A DNA stretch of 64,000 nt from an uncultured Candidatus Saccharibacteria bacterium (GCA_964550955.1 CAZKAF010000001.1:568126-632125); one strand, 5' to 3'; shown: positions 39,578 to 50,291, counted from the first letter of the stretch. The notes: generated by a model not told the origin, from the letters alone. Program-made: numbers and translations.

Positions 39578-39784
39578 ATCACCTTATCGGCGTGACCGAA
39601 ACTTCCGGACCAAGCCTGCCTTTTTCCATGCAAAAAACGCCGGGGGGCCGTGGAACCCTGCCTCAGGCAGGCCGAAAAAGCTCTTAAGCCCTGATAAGGG
39701 CCGTAAAACCGATTTCCCTGAGCTATCAGTGCAGCGAGGCAAACAAAAAACACCCCATTTCTGAAGTGCTTTTTGTTTGAAGCC

Positions 39785-40627
39785 TTATCGATTCTTTCCA
39801 ACTTTTCGTCTTGCGATGATGAGTCGGTTAGAGTATTTCTTAGGCTTTCGTGACTTCTGTCCCTTGCCTGTAGGCTTGCCGTAGATAGAGATAGCTCGTT
39901 TTCGTCCTCGTCCTTGCTTACCTTCACCTCCACCGTGCGGATGATCCACAGGGTTCATGGCTGTACCTCGGACTGTCGGTCGAATGCCTCGCCATCGACT
40001 CTTTCCGGCTTTGCCCCAGTTCTGGAGCCTGTATTCATCGTTAGACACCTCACCCACAGTCGCCCATGCAGTGTCGATAATCTTTCGAATTTCAGTGGAA
40101 GGGAGCTTGATTTGGGCATATCCTTCATCCTGAGCGATTACTTCGGCGTAGTTGCCAGCCGATCGAACCAACTTTGACCCGCCTTCCGGCTTGATTTCAA
40201 TGTTGTAAACGAACGTTCCGACGGGAATGTTCTTAAGCGGAAGCCGGTTGCCCGTCTTCACTTCAGCTTTTTCAGCTACCAAGAACGTGTCGCCGGGCTT
40301 AATCGACTTAGGAACGACCACGTATCGCTTTTCGCCGTCCGCATAAACCGCAAGCGCGATGAATGCCGTTCGGTTTGGATCGTATTCGACAGTCGTGAAT
40401 TTGGCAGGGATGTCTTTCTTGTTATACACGAAGTCGATATCTCGATACATTCGCTTGTTGCCGCCTCCCTTGTGCCGAGTAGTGATTCGGCCTCGGTTGT
40501 TTCGGCCCATGGACCGCTTGAATCCGTGCGTAAGAGGCTTATGCGGCTCGTCAGCAGTGATAACGCCTCGGTACGTGACCTTGGTCATATTTCGCCTTGA
40601 CGGTGTTGTAGGTTTAAATCTTTTCAT
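39785..40627 (-). CDS. rplB: 50S ribosomal protein L2
   Basis: GRNNRGRIT.RH.GGG.KR...; MNPVDHPHGGGEG. Confidence 0.95.
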   Translation of the reverse strand: MKRFKPTTPSRRNMTKVTYRGVITADEPHKPLTHGFKRSMGRNNRGRITTRHKGGGNKRMYRDIDFVYNKKDIPAKFTTVEYDPNRTAFIALAVYADGEKRYVVVPKSIKPGDTFLVAEKAEVKTGNRLPLKNIPVGTFVYNIEIKPEGGSKLVRSAGNYAEVIAQDEGYAQIKLPSTEIRKIIDTAWATVGEVSNDEYRLQNWGKAGKSRWRGIRPTVRGTAMNPVDHPHGGGEGKQGRGRKRAISIYGKPTGKGQKSRKPKKYSNRLIIARRKVGKNR

Positions 40628-40663
40628 AATGTTTGTATTACCAGAGTATGACTATGCATAACT

Positions 40664-40957
40664 TTATGCTAATTCGATCTTATCACCCTTCTTAAGGGTA
40701 ACGTACGCCTTAACAGTTCCGCCCTTGACTCCTCTTCGGCCGCGAACGACGACGTTCTTGGCTGGAGTCTTGGCGATGTTTACACCCGTTGGAGTAACTT
40801 TGTAAAGTTTCTTTACGGCTGCCGACACGGAAGCTTTTGTTGCCTCCTTAGTTACTTCGAACACATAGACGCCTCTCTCGGATGCGAGAGCAGCCTTCTC
40901 CGTGATTCTTGGTCGTTTGATTACGTCAATGACGTGCTTTTGAATTGAAGTAGTCAT
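40664..40957 (-). CDS. rplW: 50S ribosomal protein L23
   Basis: Position and size; I.RP..TEKA. Confidence 0.85.
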   Translation of the reverse strand: MTTSIQKHVIDVIKRPRITEKAALASERGVYVFEVTKEATKASVSAAVKKLYKVTPTGVNIAKTPAKNVVVRGRRGVKGGTVKAYVTLKKGDKIELA

Positions 40958-40958
40958 A

Positions 40959-41663
40959 TTAGTTCATCTTAGATGTCAAAGTTTTAATTGACTCTTCGGG
41001 CGAAGCGAATACGACGTATTTGTACTTCAGAAGAGCGACCGGATTGATGTTTCGAACCTCCATCACTTCAAGATTGCCCATGTTCTGGAAACCTCTCTTT
41101 GTGTTTTCATCAAGCTTCGGTACGGCAATCAAAGCGGCATTGTTTCTTCGCTTTGGAAGCATCTCAAATCCTGAGATATTTCCGAGATTAGACAACACTG
41201 ACTTTGCTTGCTTGGTTTTTGATTCAGACAGACTGAAAGAATCCAAGAAAATCATCTCGCCGTCTCTCATCTTTCCAGAGAGGATAGTGTAGATAGCCTT
41301 CGCTTTCATTTTCTTGTTGATCTTTCGAGAATAGTCTTTGTCGTTTCGAGGACCGTGAGCCACGCCGCCGCCAACCCAGATCGGAGATCTAGATGATCCG
41401 TGCCGCGCCCGACCAGTTCCTTTTTGTTTCCAAGGTTTCTTTCCACCTCCCCGCACTTCGCCTCGGGTCTTCGTGTGCGCAATCGGCTGTCGTGCAGATG
41501 CCTGCATCGACGTTACCACTTGGTGCACGAGATCCGCGTTCCATGAAAGGCCGAAGATTTCTGAAGGAAGCGCAAGCGTACTTACACTTTTACCTTCCTG
41601 GTTGTAAACCTTCACTTCGATGTTCTCAGCTTTTTCAGCTTTATTTGTTAGTTTCTTTGCCAT
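40959..41663 (-). CDS. rplD: 50S ribosomal protein L4
   Basis: KTRGEVRGGGKKPWKQKGTGRAR. Confidence 0.9.
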   Translation of the reverse strand: MAKKLTNKAEKAENIEVKVYNQEGKSVSTLALPSEIFGLSWNADLVHQVVTSMQASARQPIAHTKTRGEVRGGGKKPWKQKGTGRARHGSSRSPIWVGGGVAHGPRNDKDYSRKINKKMKAKAIYTILSGKMRDGEMIFLDSFSLSESKTKQAKSVLSNLGNISGFEMLPKRRNNAALIAVPKLDENTKRGFQNMGNLEVMEVRNINPVALLKYKYVVFASPEESIKTLTSKMN

Positions 41664-41685
41664 AAATGTTCAGTTAGCGTGAAGA

Positions 41686-42282
41686 TTACCCTTGGATTTC
41701 GACTAGAGTACCTCTTCGACCTGGAATAGCACCTCGGATGTAAATCTGTTTAAGATCTTTATCGTAAGACATTACTACAAGGTTTTTGACAGTTACTCTA
41801 TCACCACCCATTCGACCGGCCATTTTTCGACCTTTAAATACTCGCTGATACCCACCAGCACCGATTGATCCGGGTTCTCGCTCAGAATGCTTCTGACCGT
41901 GAGACCGAGGACCGCCATGGAAACCATGTCGCTTTACCACGCCCTGAAAACCTTTCGATTTTGAGATTGCGGATACGGTGACAACGTCGCCGGCTTCGAG
42001 TGTTGATTCGATAGCTGCGCCTACGTCAGCAGATGCACTACCCTTAATTTCTTTGAGATGGCGGAAGTTCCCATCTTTCATATGACCTTTGAGCGGCTTG
42101 TTGATTCGCTTGGCTTTTTTAGTGCCGAAACCAACCTGTACGGCCTCGTATCCATCCTTGAGTTCGGATTTTACTTGAGTCACAACCATATCATCTGCCT
42201 TAACAACAGTGACCGGGTGCACCTTGCCCTCCTCGTCGAAGAGCTGCGTCATATGCTGTTTTGTTCCAAGAATGAATTTCAT
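41686..42282 (-). CDS. rplC: 50S ribosomal protein L3
   Basis: ILGTKQHMTQ.FDE.G...PVTV; FQGVVKRHGF.GG. Confidence 0.9.
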   Translation of the reverse strand: MKFILGTKQHMTQLFDEEGKVHPVTVVKADDMVVTQVKSELKDGYEAVQVGFGTKKAKRINKPLKGHMKDGNFRHLKEIKGSASADVGAAIESTLEAGDVVTVSAISKSKGFQGVVKRHGFHGGPRSHGQKHSEREPGSIGAGGYQRVFKGRKMAGRMGGDRVTVKNLVVMSYDKDLKQIYIRGAIPGRRGTLVEIQG

Positions 42283-42329
42283 GTTTTTTACTGGGCTAAT
42301 CTTTGTTGGGATAATGTGCAGGCTCGCGC

Positions 42330-42686
42330 TTACATCATTTTCACATCAATGTTGACGCCGGAAGGGAGGCTAAGATTAGTCAAAGCTTCGATAACTTTGG
42401 CAGAAGGATTGACAATGTCGAGCAGTCGCTTGTGCACTCGCATCTCGAACTGCTCGCGCGCGTTTTTGTAAACGAACGAAGAGCGGTTCACGGTGTAGAT
42501 TCGTTTCTCCGTTGGAAGAGGAACTGGTCCGAGTACGGTAGCGTCATATCGAAGCGCCGTGTCCATGATCTGCTTTATTGAAGCGTCAATGATCTTTGAT
42601 TCGTAAGCTCGAATCCTGATTCGAAGCTTCGAAACACCATCTTCTTTGGCTGTCTTCTTTTTTGTAGTTTCTTTTGTTGCAGCCAT
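42330..42686 (-). CDS. rpsJ: 30S ribosomal protein S10
   Basis: LRIRIRAYESKIID.... Confidence 0.9.
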   Translation of the reverse strand: MAATKETTKKKTAKEDGVSKLRIRIRAYESKIIDASIKQIMDTALRYDATVLGPVPLPTEKRIYTVNRSSFVYKNAREQFEMRVHKRLLDIVNPSAKVIEALTNLSLPSGVNIDVKMM

Positions 42687-42737
42687 GTGAGCTATGTAAT
42701 TAATTATGCGTAGTTGTAAAGAGCGTTTACCTAAAGG

Positions 42738-43928
42738 TTAGGCAACAATCTTTGTTACTACACCCGCACCTACAGTCTTGCCGCCTTCTCGAATAGCGAG
42801 TCGCTGCTTGTCTTCGAGAGCAATAGGAGCCACGAGCTTAACCTTGAATGTAACCGTATCGCCAGGCATAACCATTTCAACTCCGTCAGCAAGCGTTACT
42901 TCGCCCGTAACGTCAGTCGTTCGCACGTAGAACTGCGGCTTGTAACCAGTAAAGAATGGAGTGTGTCGACCGCCTTCTTCTTTCTTGAGAATGTATACTT
43001 CCGCTTCGAATTCTGTATGAGGCTTAACTGAACCCGGCTTAGAGATAACCTGTCCTCGAGTAAGATCTTCTTTCTTAGCGCCTCGAAGGAGGATGCCCGC
43101 GTTGTCGCCGGCCTGACCTTCATTGAGCTGCTTGTTGAACATTTCAATACCAGTCACAGTCGTCTTCGTAGTGTCCTTAAGACCCACGATTTCAATTTCT
43201 TCGCCTACCTTGATGATACCTTTCTCGATCTTGCCCGTTACTACAGTTCCTCGGCCTTCAATAGAGAAGATGTCTTCAATAGGCATGAGGAATGGCTTGT
43301 CAGTTTCTCGGATTGGCTGCGGGATGTATGTATCGAGCGCGTTTGCGAGATCGAGTACTTTCTTAGACCACTCATCTTCGATTCCTGTCGCCTCAAGAGC
43401 CTTGAGAGCAGAACCTCGGATAACCGGAGCATCTTCATCGAAGCCGTTCTTCGCAAGAAGTTCTCGGATTTCAGCTTCTACAAGGTCGAGCATGTCCGCG
43501 TCTTCAACCATGTCGCATTTGTTTAGGAATACGATGATCTTAGGTACACCTACCTGCTTAGCCAAGAGAACGTGTTCTCGAGTTTGTGGCATGGCACCGT
43601 CAGTCGCTGCTACCACGAGGATAGCACCGTCCATCTGCGCTGCGCCGGTAATCATGTTCTTGATGTAGTCGGCGTGACCTGGGGCATCAATGTGAGCGTA
43701 ATGTCGAGCATCTGTAGCGTATTCTGAGTGAGAAAGCGAGATAGTGATACCTCGAGCCTTTTCTTCAGGCGCCTTGTCGATATCTCCTACCGCCTTCAAT
43801 GTAACCTGCTTTCCAGCTCGGTGAAGAACGTTAAGGATAGCCGCCGTAAGAGTTGTCTTTCCGTGGTCAACGTGACCAATTGTACCTACGTTTAAGTGAG
43901 GTTTTGAACGATCGAAAGCTTCTGCCAT
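42738..43928 (-). CDS. tuf: elongation factor Tu
   Basis: [23 protein letters not shown]-motifs. Confidence 0.95.
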   Translation of the reverse strand: MAEAFDRSKPHLNVGTIGHVDHGKTTLTAAILNVLHRAGKQVTLKAVGDIDKAPEEKARGITISLSHSEYATDARHYAHIDAPGHADYIKNMITGAAQMDGAILVVAATDGAMPQTREHVLLAKQVGVPKIIVFLNKCDMVEDADMLDLVEAEIRELLAKNGFDEDAPVIRGSALKALEATGIEDEWSKKVLDLANALDTYIPQPIRETDKPFLMPIEDIFSIEGRGTVVTGKIEKGIIKVGEEIEIVGLKDTTKTTVTGIEMFNKQLNEGQAGDNAGILLRGAKKEDLTRGQVISKPGSVKPHTEFEAEVYILKKEEGGRHTPFFTGYKPQFYVRTTDVTGEVTLADGVEMVMPGDTVTFKVKLVAPIALEDKQRLAIREGGKTVGAGVVTKIVA

Positions 43929-44145
43929 ATGTTTTATTGATTAATTGCCATCTTTAAGCGTCCTTCGGGGCAGTATTTCGCCCTCGCCGACCACTTCAAG
44001 TTTCCAATTAAATATAATTAATTATTTTTATTAAATATTATCGGTAGTGCTTTGCCTGCTTGGTTCTGAAATATCCTTATTTTATAAGGGTATCCCGGTC
44101 GAACGGCCTGACAAAGGTGCCAGATAAAAAAAGCGCCGAAACGCA

Positions 44146-44173
44146 ATACAATTGATACTACCAAATAGCAAGG
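44146..44173 (-). promoter_or_regulatory. promoter TTGACT-N16-TAGTAT for the tuf/S10 operon
   Basis: Minus-strand -35 at 44168-44173 and -10 at 44146-44151; about 215 nt upstream of tuf. Confidence 0.4.
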
Positions 44174-44217
44174 CAAAGTCAACAAAATAACCCTCAGATG
44201 CGGCAAAGACAGCGCGA

Positions 44218-44241
44218 AACCCTCTTTTAAGAGGGTTTTTG
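44218..44241. terminator. symmetric hairpin aaaccctctt-ttaa-gagggttt (terminator-like, bidirectional)
   Basis: Downstream of the minus-strand gene 44323-44769; T/A runs form part of the stem. Confidence 0.4.
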
Positions 44242-44322
44242 AGCGGAAATAGAAAGGCCGGACCCGTGCAATGCGTACACGTGTCCGGCCATACTGAGCC
44301 TGATCACCTCAACTCGAGAGGC

Positions 44323-44769
44323 TCAGCAAACTGTCATTTTGGGAACCGCGAAAGGGTCTTTCGCGGTGTGCGCAAGGCGCGGCGTTGCAGAGACGACGGT
44401 CTCTGACCTGCCCGGCGGAGCGTTGCTCCAATGGGCAGATTGTGCCGCAAGGGCGTGTCGGGCTGGCTTGACGACCGGATCAGCCGTATCATGATGCACC
44501 GCGCACCCGGAAAAGGGAGCGGAGGTATCCATGAGGGCGAGCGGGGCCGAAGCCAATGACGTCTGAAGGACATCTGCCGTGAAGCAGAGCCCCTCCGCGG
44601 CCGTAAATGGCTCTATTGAGCCAAATGCGGTCGAATTGCCACCTTCCTCTGACGCGATCACCAGTTCGGGCGGAGCCAGGGACTGCCCCTGGCGATGACG
44701 TTCCGAACCGATGCATGCCAGGGCCGCGAGGCCGAGGAGCGTCAGGCATGCGAGCGTTGATGCTTTCAT
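44323..44769 (-). CDS. hypothetical secreted/lipoprotein-like Ala/Ser-rich protein (GC-rich gene)
   Basis: Signal peptide MKASTLACLTLLGLAALACIGS. About 60% GC against the ~48% background. The ORF-track GTG start at 44859 is less likely. Confidence 0.4.
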   Translation of the reverse strand: MKASTLACLTLLGLAALACIGSERHRQGQSLAPPELVIASEEGGNSTAFGSIEPFTAAEGLCFTADVLQTSLASAPLALMDTSAPFSGCAVHHDTADPVVKPARHALAAQSAHWSNAPPGRSETVVSATPRLAHTAKDPFAVPKMTVC

Positions 44770-44903
44770 GTCTATTAGGTTACTTGCAGTTTCCGGCCAG
44801 TACGGCGTCAATCCTGAGAAGGACGTATCCTGGACGGACATTTGTACGCTGAGTGTCACCCCAGCGAAAGTGTTTGGGGCTTGCTGGGACCCATTAGAAT
44901 CAG

Positions 44904-44931
44904 ATTATATACTTGAAATTCATAATTGCAA
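44904..44931 (-). promoter_or_regulatory. promoter TTGCAA-N16-TATAAT
   Basis: Minus-strand -35 at 44926-44931 and -10 at 44904-44909; drives the 44769 gene. Confidence 0.4.
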
Positions 44932-44932
44932 A

Positions 44933-44957
44933 TAAAAAAGCCCCGAAGGAGCCACTT
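44933..44957 (-). terminator. rho-independent terminator (GGCUCC-UUCG-GGGCUU + U6)
   Basis: Minus-strand hairpin with UUCG tetraloop followed by TTTTTTATTT. Confidence 0.55.
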
Positions 44958-45293
44958 TGACCGTATCGTTGTTTTGAGCCGCAGAGGGCCGCAGCATCGA
45001 TTGATCAAGGTGTTCCTTCGGGACAGTGTTCTGTTCAGTCAGTCAAAGGTCGTATTCGTCAGGGCGTCACCGAAGCGGCGTCCTGGGAACTCGATCGCGC
45101 GAACCCGGCGGCCCTGTCGAGTCGGCATCACCAAAATGATGGACGGCTGACAAGGAGACCAAGTTAGTACGCACTTTCATAGTATGAACCTCCGTTTTTC
45201 TACTGACGTTGTTAATGTGCAGTTCGGGTTCCCCTTGGCGTAGTTAACGATGCCAAGGCCCATATCTTGTGTCCTCTTCTACGGGAGGGCAAG
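44958..45293 (-). ncRNA. candidate ~340 nt structured ncRNA of unknown class
   Basis: Bounded by the promoter TTGCGA-N17-TAGTAT (45301-45329, minus) and the terminator at 44933-44957. GC-rich; no ORF of 60 aa or more on the minus strand; multiple hairpins such as ccttggc...gccaagg. Confidence 0.3.
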
Positions 45294-45300
45294 CAGACAC

Positions 45301-45329
45301 ATACTAAACCCGGCATCAAAAATTCGCAA
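45301..45329 (-). promoter_or_regulatory. promoter TTGCGA-N17-TAGTAT
   Basis: Minus-strand -35 at 45324-45329 and -10 at 45301-45306; immediately downstream of the Mur-ligase stop. Confidence 0.4.
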
Positions 45330-45350
45330 GAAATGACGAGAACCGGCCAT

Positions 45351-46931
45351 TTAAGCATTAGCGCCAAATTTTTCTTTCAGATTAGAAATCAATTTCTCAT
45401 GAACGCCGTCAAACGATCCGTTGCTCATTACAACCACGACATCGCGAGGCTTGAGCAATGGCACTAGCCGCCCGAGGGCTTCGTCTCCATTTGAAACACA
45501 GAAGGCCCTTGCCTCTCTCCCGTTCTTTTTCGCTTCTTCAATGACATGATTTATTACGGCCGGGCCGTCAATGAAATCCGCAGGGTTGTCATTGTGCCGG
45601 AGCGCCGGCATCGAGAGACAGAGCATGTCGGCCGAACCGAATGAATTGCTGTATGGAATTTCAAACATCTTCTTCCTGCTCGTATTCGACCGAGGCTCGA
45701 ACAGCGCAACTATCCTCCTGTCTGGAAATCTCTCCCGGATGCCCGCAAGCGTTTCGGCAACGGCAGTCGGATGATGGGCGAAGTCGTCGATGACGAGAAT
45801 GTCATGAATGTCCGCCCGTATCTCCTGCCTTCTTTTCATTCCCAAAAATGTCTCAAGCCCCGTCCGAATCTCCGGAACGGAAATATTTTCATGCAGCGCG
45901 ACCGCGATGACGGAGAGCGCATTCGCGATGTTATATCGTCCGAACAGATTAAGCGTGAACCGCCCGATATTTTCCCCCTTGCACAGCACGCTGAAATGCT
46001 GACCTTTGGCATCAACCTCTATGTCAGCGGCACGGACGTCGCAGCCTTCAGTGAAGCCGTAGAACAGAACCTTTGCGGATGCATGCTCAGCCAAAGATTT
46101 AACTTCTTGAATATCGCCATTCAAGACGAGCAGGCCGTCCTCGTGCGTCTCTTCTGCCAAGTAAATGAAGGATTTTTTATATTCCTCATAATCGCTGTAT
46201 ATGTCGGCATGATCAAATTCGAGCGACGTGACAATCGAGACTTTCGGCTTGTATAGCAGAAACTTCGGCGACTTGTCGAAATATGAAGTGTCGTACTCAT
46301 CCCCTTCGATAATAAAATGCTTTGCGTCCTTCGCGCCGACGCTGAAGCTCGTTTCCTGGATTCCGCCATGAGCGGGAACCGCGACCCCTCCGACCACAAA
46401 CCCCGGACCCTTCTTCGCGCTTATGAAAAGATGCGCCATCATTCCGGTCGTAGTAGTTTTCCCATGCGTTCCGCAAACGACAATCGACGTCTTGCCTTCT
46501 ATGAAGAATTCGGCTATTGCCTCAGGCATGGACATCTGATTGAGACCGTTTTCTCTGGCATATGCAACCTCGGGATTATCAGGACCGAACATGTTCGCGA
46601 CTATTACCAAATCCTTATCCTTGATATTTTCCCCGCTGAATCCTTCGTAAAATTCCATGCCGAGCTTCTTGATGAGATCGCTTGCCGGAGGATAGCATCC
46701 CTCGTCCGAACCCGATACCTCGAAACCGGACTCTGCAAAAAGGCCGGCAAGCGACGATGTCGCCTTTCCGCAAACGCCAATGACATGAACTTTCTTTATT
46801 TCTCCCCTCTCGTTCTTCCCCGCTATTTCCTCGGCGGACGGACGGACGAATATTCGCTTGTCGACAGTGTCGGTACTGTCTGCCAAACGTCTCAATTTTC
46901 TGTCAAAAAAATCTCGGGCTTCTTTTTTCAT
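45351..46931 (-). CDS. Mur ligase family protein (MurC/Mpl-like)
   Basis: HVIGVCGKATSSLAGLF (N-terminal Rossmann), central VVCGTHGKTTTTGMMAHLF, C-terminal domain. Confidence 0.7.
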   Translation of the reverse strand: MKKEARDFFDRKLRRLADSTDTVDKRIFVRPSAEEIAGKNERGEIKKVHVIGVCGKATSSLAGLFAESGFEVSGSDEGCYPPASDLIKKLGMEFYEGFSGENIKDKDLVIVANMFGPDNPEVAYARENGLNQMSMPEAIAEFFIEGKTSIVVCGTHGKTTTTGMMAHLFISAKKGPGFVVGGVAVPAHGGIQETSFSVGAKDAKHFIIEGDEYDTSYFDKSPKFLLYKPKVSIVTSLEFDHADIYSDYEEYKKSFIYLAEETHEDGLLVLNGDIQEVKSLAEHASAKVLFYGFTEGCDVRAADIEVDAKGQHFSVLCKGENIGRFTLNLFGRYNIANALSVIAVALHENISVPEIRTGLETFLGMKRRQEIRADIHDILVIDDFAHHPTAVAETLAGIRERFPDRRIVALFEPRSNTSRKKMFEIPYSNSFGSADMLCLSMPALRHNDNPADFIDGPAVINHVIEEAKKNGREARAFCVSNGDEALGRLVPLLKPRDVVVVMSNGSFDGVHEKLISNLKEKFGANA

Positions 46932-47166
46932 CTGTTCATTCTAATACAATTCGCCGGCTGGCCCAACAACGCAGTCTATTGCAATATTAGCTTTATATGA
47001 TTTAATATGCCCGTTACGGACATCTTGCCACACTGCGGAAATCCGTGATCAAGGCCGCGAGTGCAGCCTGCAACCAACAAACGTTAGAGAAAACATCTTT
47101 CCTGAGCTTTTCAGCCGGGGTGATGCCGGTTGCCGAGTTCTTTGGAATAGTAGAAAGAGGAAAAAG

Positions 47167-47835
47167 TTGAATGCGCAAGTCAAATTAAGTCATATGGCAC
47201 TTCCGTTCTTCATGGGCAGCGAGGACGAGGCCCGAAGGAGAATGGCCCGCGCAGGGTTCTTCGACGAAAAGGAGACCGCGTCAGGATTAATGTACGTGCG
47301 ACGAAGGGAGCATCAGCAAACCCTTCCCTTGGAACTCGTGGATATCGGGGGAGGTTCCCGCGAAGAGACGAGCCAGGGCTTTGGATGGGATTTTTCCCGA
47401 GAACGGGGAGCGTTCGTGATCAAAAGCGAAAACCCCTCTCTTCATGCAAAAATCCTCACCGATCTTTGCGGGTTCAAGCAAGACGAAGGGAGCGAGGTGC
47501 TGACCACGAGGTCATTGCGCATCATGCTCATTCAGAGCCAAAATGCCCCGAAATGGCATGTGGGATTCCATGCCAAGCTAGTCAAGACGCTTCGGGACGG
47601 ATTCAGGGAAAAATGTGATCAGCTGGCCGAAAAAGACCTTGTTTTCGGGAACATTTCCATGGAATTCCTCCAGCGGAGCACTCCATGGCCCGACAACGGC
47701 ATCTTCAATTTTTCCGTGCCAGGCCTCACAGGCTTCACCCTCGAACTGATGACGGGGACAAAGCCGCTGAAGAGTCACCGGCTCGAGCTCCCCGATATCC
47801 CGAGAATCGGGACAGACGAGAGTTGCATCTGGTAA
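47167..47835 (+). CDS. hypothetical protein
   Basis: 222 aa; no recognisable motif; followed by a strong terminator. Confidence 0.45.
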   Translation: MNAQVKLSHMALPFFMGSEDEARRRMARAGFFDEKETASGLMYVRRREHQQTLPLELVDIGGGSREETSQGFGWDFSRERGAFVIKSENPSLHAKILTDLCGFKQDEGSEVLTTRSLRIMLIQSQNAPKWHVGFHAKLVKTLRDGFREKCDQLAEKDLVFGNISMEFLQRSTPWPDNGIFNFSVPGLTGFTLELMTGTKPLKSHRLELPDIPRIGTDESCIW

Positions 47836-47855
47836 ACCGCGAGGTTCGCCAACGA

Positions 47856-47900
47856 GCCGCAGCGCTATTGCATAACTAGCAATCCGCTGCGGTTTTTTTA
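47856..47900 (+). terminator. rho-independent terminator
   Basis: gccgcagcg-loop-cgctgcgg followed by TTTTTTT. Confidence 0.7.
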
Positions 47901-47935
47901 TTTTCGCGCAATCAATCTCTGCCAAAAGGCGCAAA

Positions 47936-47960
47936 ATAAAAACTCCCCTTTCGGGAAGTT
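47936..47960 (-). terminator. rho-independent terminator after fusA
   Basis: Minus-strand cttccc-gaaa-ggggag followed by TTTTTAT. Confidence 0.5.
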
Positions 47961-47974
47961 TTCTTATTTGAATG

Positions 47975-50122
47975 CTACTTTCGGGATTCTACGATCTGCT
48001 TTTCGACGTTCGGAGGAACCACGTCGTAGTGATCGAATTCCATCGTCATCGAGCCTCGTCCCTGAGTCATCGATCGGAGGTCGGTCGTGTAGCCGAACAT
48101 TTCGGATAGCGGAACCATGGCCTTGATAGCCTTGTTCATTCCTCGATCGTCCATGCCCTCGATAACGCCTCGCTTGGAGGAAAGAGAGCCGGTCACGTCG
48201 CCCATGAACTGTTCCGGAGTCACGACTTCCACCTTCATCACAGGTTCCAGGATGACAGGCTTGGCCTTCTTGGCTGCTGACTGAAATGCCTGAGAAGCCG
48301 CGATCTTGTATGCAAGTTCTGATGAGTCCACATCGTGGGAAGAACCGAACGTAAGCTCGCAAGACACGTCTGTCATCGGAAAGCCGGCAACGATGCCTCG
48401 GTCCATCGCCTCCTTCACGCCTTTCTGAACCGCCGGGATGAATTCAGTCGGAATGACGCCTCCCTTGATTGAGTCGATGAATTCATACCCGTCTTCTCGG
48501 TGAACGTTCTTCGCAACCTTGGCTCCTTCAACCACCGGTTCAAGAGGCTTGATAGTGATTCGAACGTGACCGTACTGGCCCTTGCCTCCGGACTGCTTGA
48601 CGTATTTGAAGTCTTCGTCAATGCAAGTTCCCTTGATGGTTTCCCGGTATGATACCTGAGGCTTGCCAACGTTTGCTTCAACGCCGAACTCTCGCTTCAT
48701 TCGATCAACCATGATTTCAAGGTGGAGCTCGCCCATGCCGGCGATGATAGTTTCTCCGGTTTCCTGGTTTGATGAGATTCGGAACGTCGGATCTTCATCT
48801 CCGAGTTTCTTAAGCGCCATGCCCATCTTTTCCTGGTCAGCCTTTGTCTTCGGCTCGATTCGAAGCGAAACTACTGATTCTGCAAACTTAATCGGATCAA
48901 GGATGATAGGCTTGGCTTCATCGCAGAACGTATGCGATGTCTTTGCATCCTTAAGGCCCACCGCGGCTGCAATTTCTCCGGCGTATACTTTCTTAACCTC
49001 TTCCCGCTTGTTTGCCTGAAGTCGCACGATTCGTCCCAGCCGCTCTTTCTGACCAGTTGTTGAGTTGTAAATATATGAACCTGCTTCGATAGTTCCAGAG
49101 TACACTCGGAAGAATGTAAGCTGACCTACGAACGGGTCTGTCTGCAATTTGAATGCGAGAGCTGCAAAAGGTTCAGTGTCAGAAGCCGCTCGGGTGATAA
49201 CTTCGCCCGTTTCAGGATCAGTTCCCTGTACTGGCGGAATATCAAGCGGAGACGGAAGAAAGTCAACGACGGCGTCGAGGATAAGCTGAGTGCCCTTGTT
49301 CTTAAGCGATGACCCCGTGAATACTGGATATACCTTGTTCGCGATAACGCCCTTTCGAAGAGCCGCTTTCAGAGCCGGAAGCTCGAAGTCCGTCTTTCCT
49401 TCCAGATACTGATTCATCATTTCTTCGTCCTGCTCTACGATTTTCTCGACAAGCTCCGCTCGTCGCTTAGCCGCCTCGTCAACCAATTCTGCCGGAATTT
49501 CGTATTCAATAACCTGGTTGCCCATCTCGCCTTCAAACTTATACGCCTTCATCTTAAGAAGGTCGATAACTCCGCTGAAGTCGCCTTCAGATCCAATGGG
49601 AAGCTGCGCTCGAACCGCGTTCTTGTTCAGTCGATCCAAGATAGACTGGAAAGACCGCTCGAAAGAAGCGCCTGTTCGGTCAAGCTTGTTGATGTAGCAG
49701 ATTCGAGGAACGTTATACTTGTCAGCCTGTCTCCATACAGTTTCTGACTGAGGCTCCACTCCCGCTACGCCGTCGAATACCACGACGCCGCCGTCGAGTA
49801 CTTTTAGGGATCGTTCCACTTCTACCGTGAAGTCTACGTGACCAGGAGTGTCAATGATGTTGAATCGGTGCATGAGAGACTTGTCCGTACCCATGTATGT
49901 CGGATTCCAGAAACATGTGATAGCGGCGGCAGTAATGGTGATACCTCGCTCTTTTTCCTGTTCCATCCAGTCGGTAGCAGCTTCGCCTTCGTGAACTTCT
50001 CCGATCTTATGCGACATACCTGTGTAGTAAAGGATTCGTTCAGACGTCGTGGTCTTGCCCGCGTCGATGTGAGCGATGATACCGAAATTTCTTACTTTCT
50101 CCAATGGATAATCTCTGTTCAT
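47975..50122 (-). CDS. fusA: elongation factor G
   Basis: [20 protein letters not shown], 715 aa, all five EF-G domains. Confidence 0.95.
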   Translation of the reverse strand: MNRDYPLEKVRNFGIIAHIDAGKTTTSERILYYTGMSHKIGEVHEGEAATDWMEQEKERGITITAAAITCFWNPTYMGTDKSLMHRFNIIDTPGHVDFTVEVERSLKVLDGGVVVFDGVAGVEPQSETVWRQADKYNVPRICYINKLDRTGASFERSFQSILDRLNKNAVRAQLPIGSEGDFSGVIDLLKMKAYKFEGEMGNQVIEYEIPAELVDEAAKRRAELVEKIVEQDEEMMNQYLEGKTDFELPALKAALRKGVIANKVYPVFTGSSLKNKGTQLILDAVVDFLPSPLDIPPVQGTDPETGEVITRAASDTEPFAALAFKLQTDPFVGQLTFFRVYSGTIEAGSYIYNSTTGQKERLGRIVRLQANKREEVKKVYAGEIAAAVGLKDAKTSHTFCDEAKPIILDPIKFAESVVSLRIEPKTKADQEKMGMALKKLGDEDPTFRISSNQETGETIIAGMGELHLEIMVDRMKREFGVEANVGKPQVSYRETIKGTCIDEDFKYVKQSGGKGQYGHVRITIKPLEPVVEGAKVAKNVHREDGYEFIDSIKGGVIPTEFIPAVQKGVKEAMDRGIVAGFPMTDVSCELTFGSSHDVDSSELAYKIAASQAFQSAAKKAKPVILEPVMKVEVVTPEQFMGDVTGSLSSKRGVIEGMDDRGMNKAIKAMVPLSEMFGYTTDLRSMTQGRGSMTMEFDHYDVVPPNVEKQIVESRK

Positions 50123-50291
50123 ATGTGTAATCGGCTTAGCCGAGTTTTAAATTAAAAAGGCCGATGGCCAGATAAAATAATTAATGGTAAATAATAGCAC
50201 CGACTCTAGATTGAAGTCGTGGGGATAAAATAGCATTATTTTAAAGGGTTGGCAACGCCGTACGCCGCCTGTCAGGCGGCCTGCGGAAGGC

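Noticed and set aside
39540-39933. ORFs 39540-39764(+) and 39574-39933(-) in the rplB-rpsS gap.
   Set aside because: The minus ORF overlaps the rplB 3' end out of frame, and neither has coding-like composition. The region is better explained as a regulatory/structured RNA with an internal promoter.
33176-43668. Numerous plus-strand ORFs across the ribosomal protein operon (e.g. 33176-33541, 34614-35126, 38617-39000, 43123-43668).
   Set aside because: Antisense to universally conserved r-protein/EF-Tu genes; Ser/Arg/Pro-rich translations.
44900-45350. Attempt to assign the ORF-less GC-rich transcript as RNase P RNA (ACAGAAC-like and GAAAGUG-like motifs) or SRP RNA.
   Set aside because: The CR-I GGAAAGUCCGGGC motif is absent and the spacing between candidate P4 strands is too short. 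The SRP helix-8 resemblance is partial. Left as an unknown ncRNA candidate.
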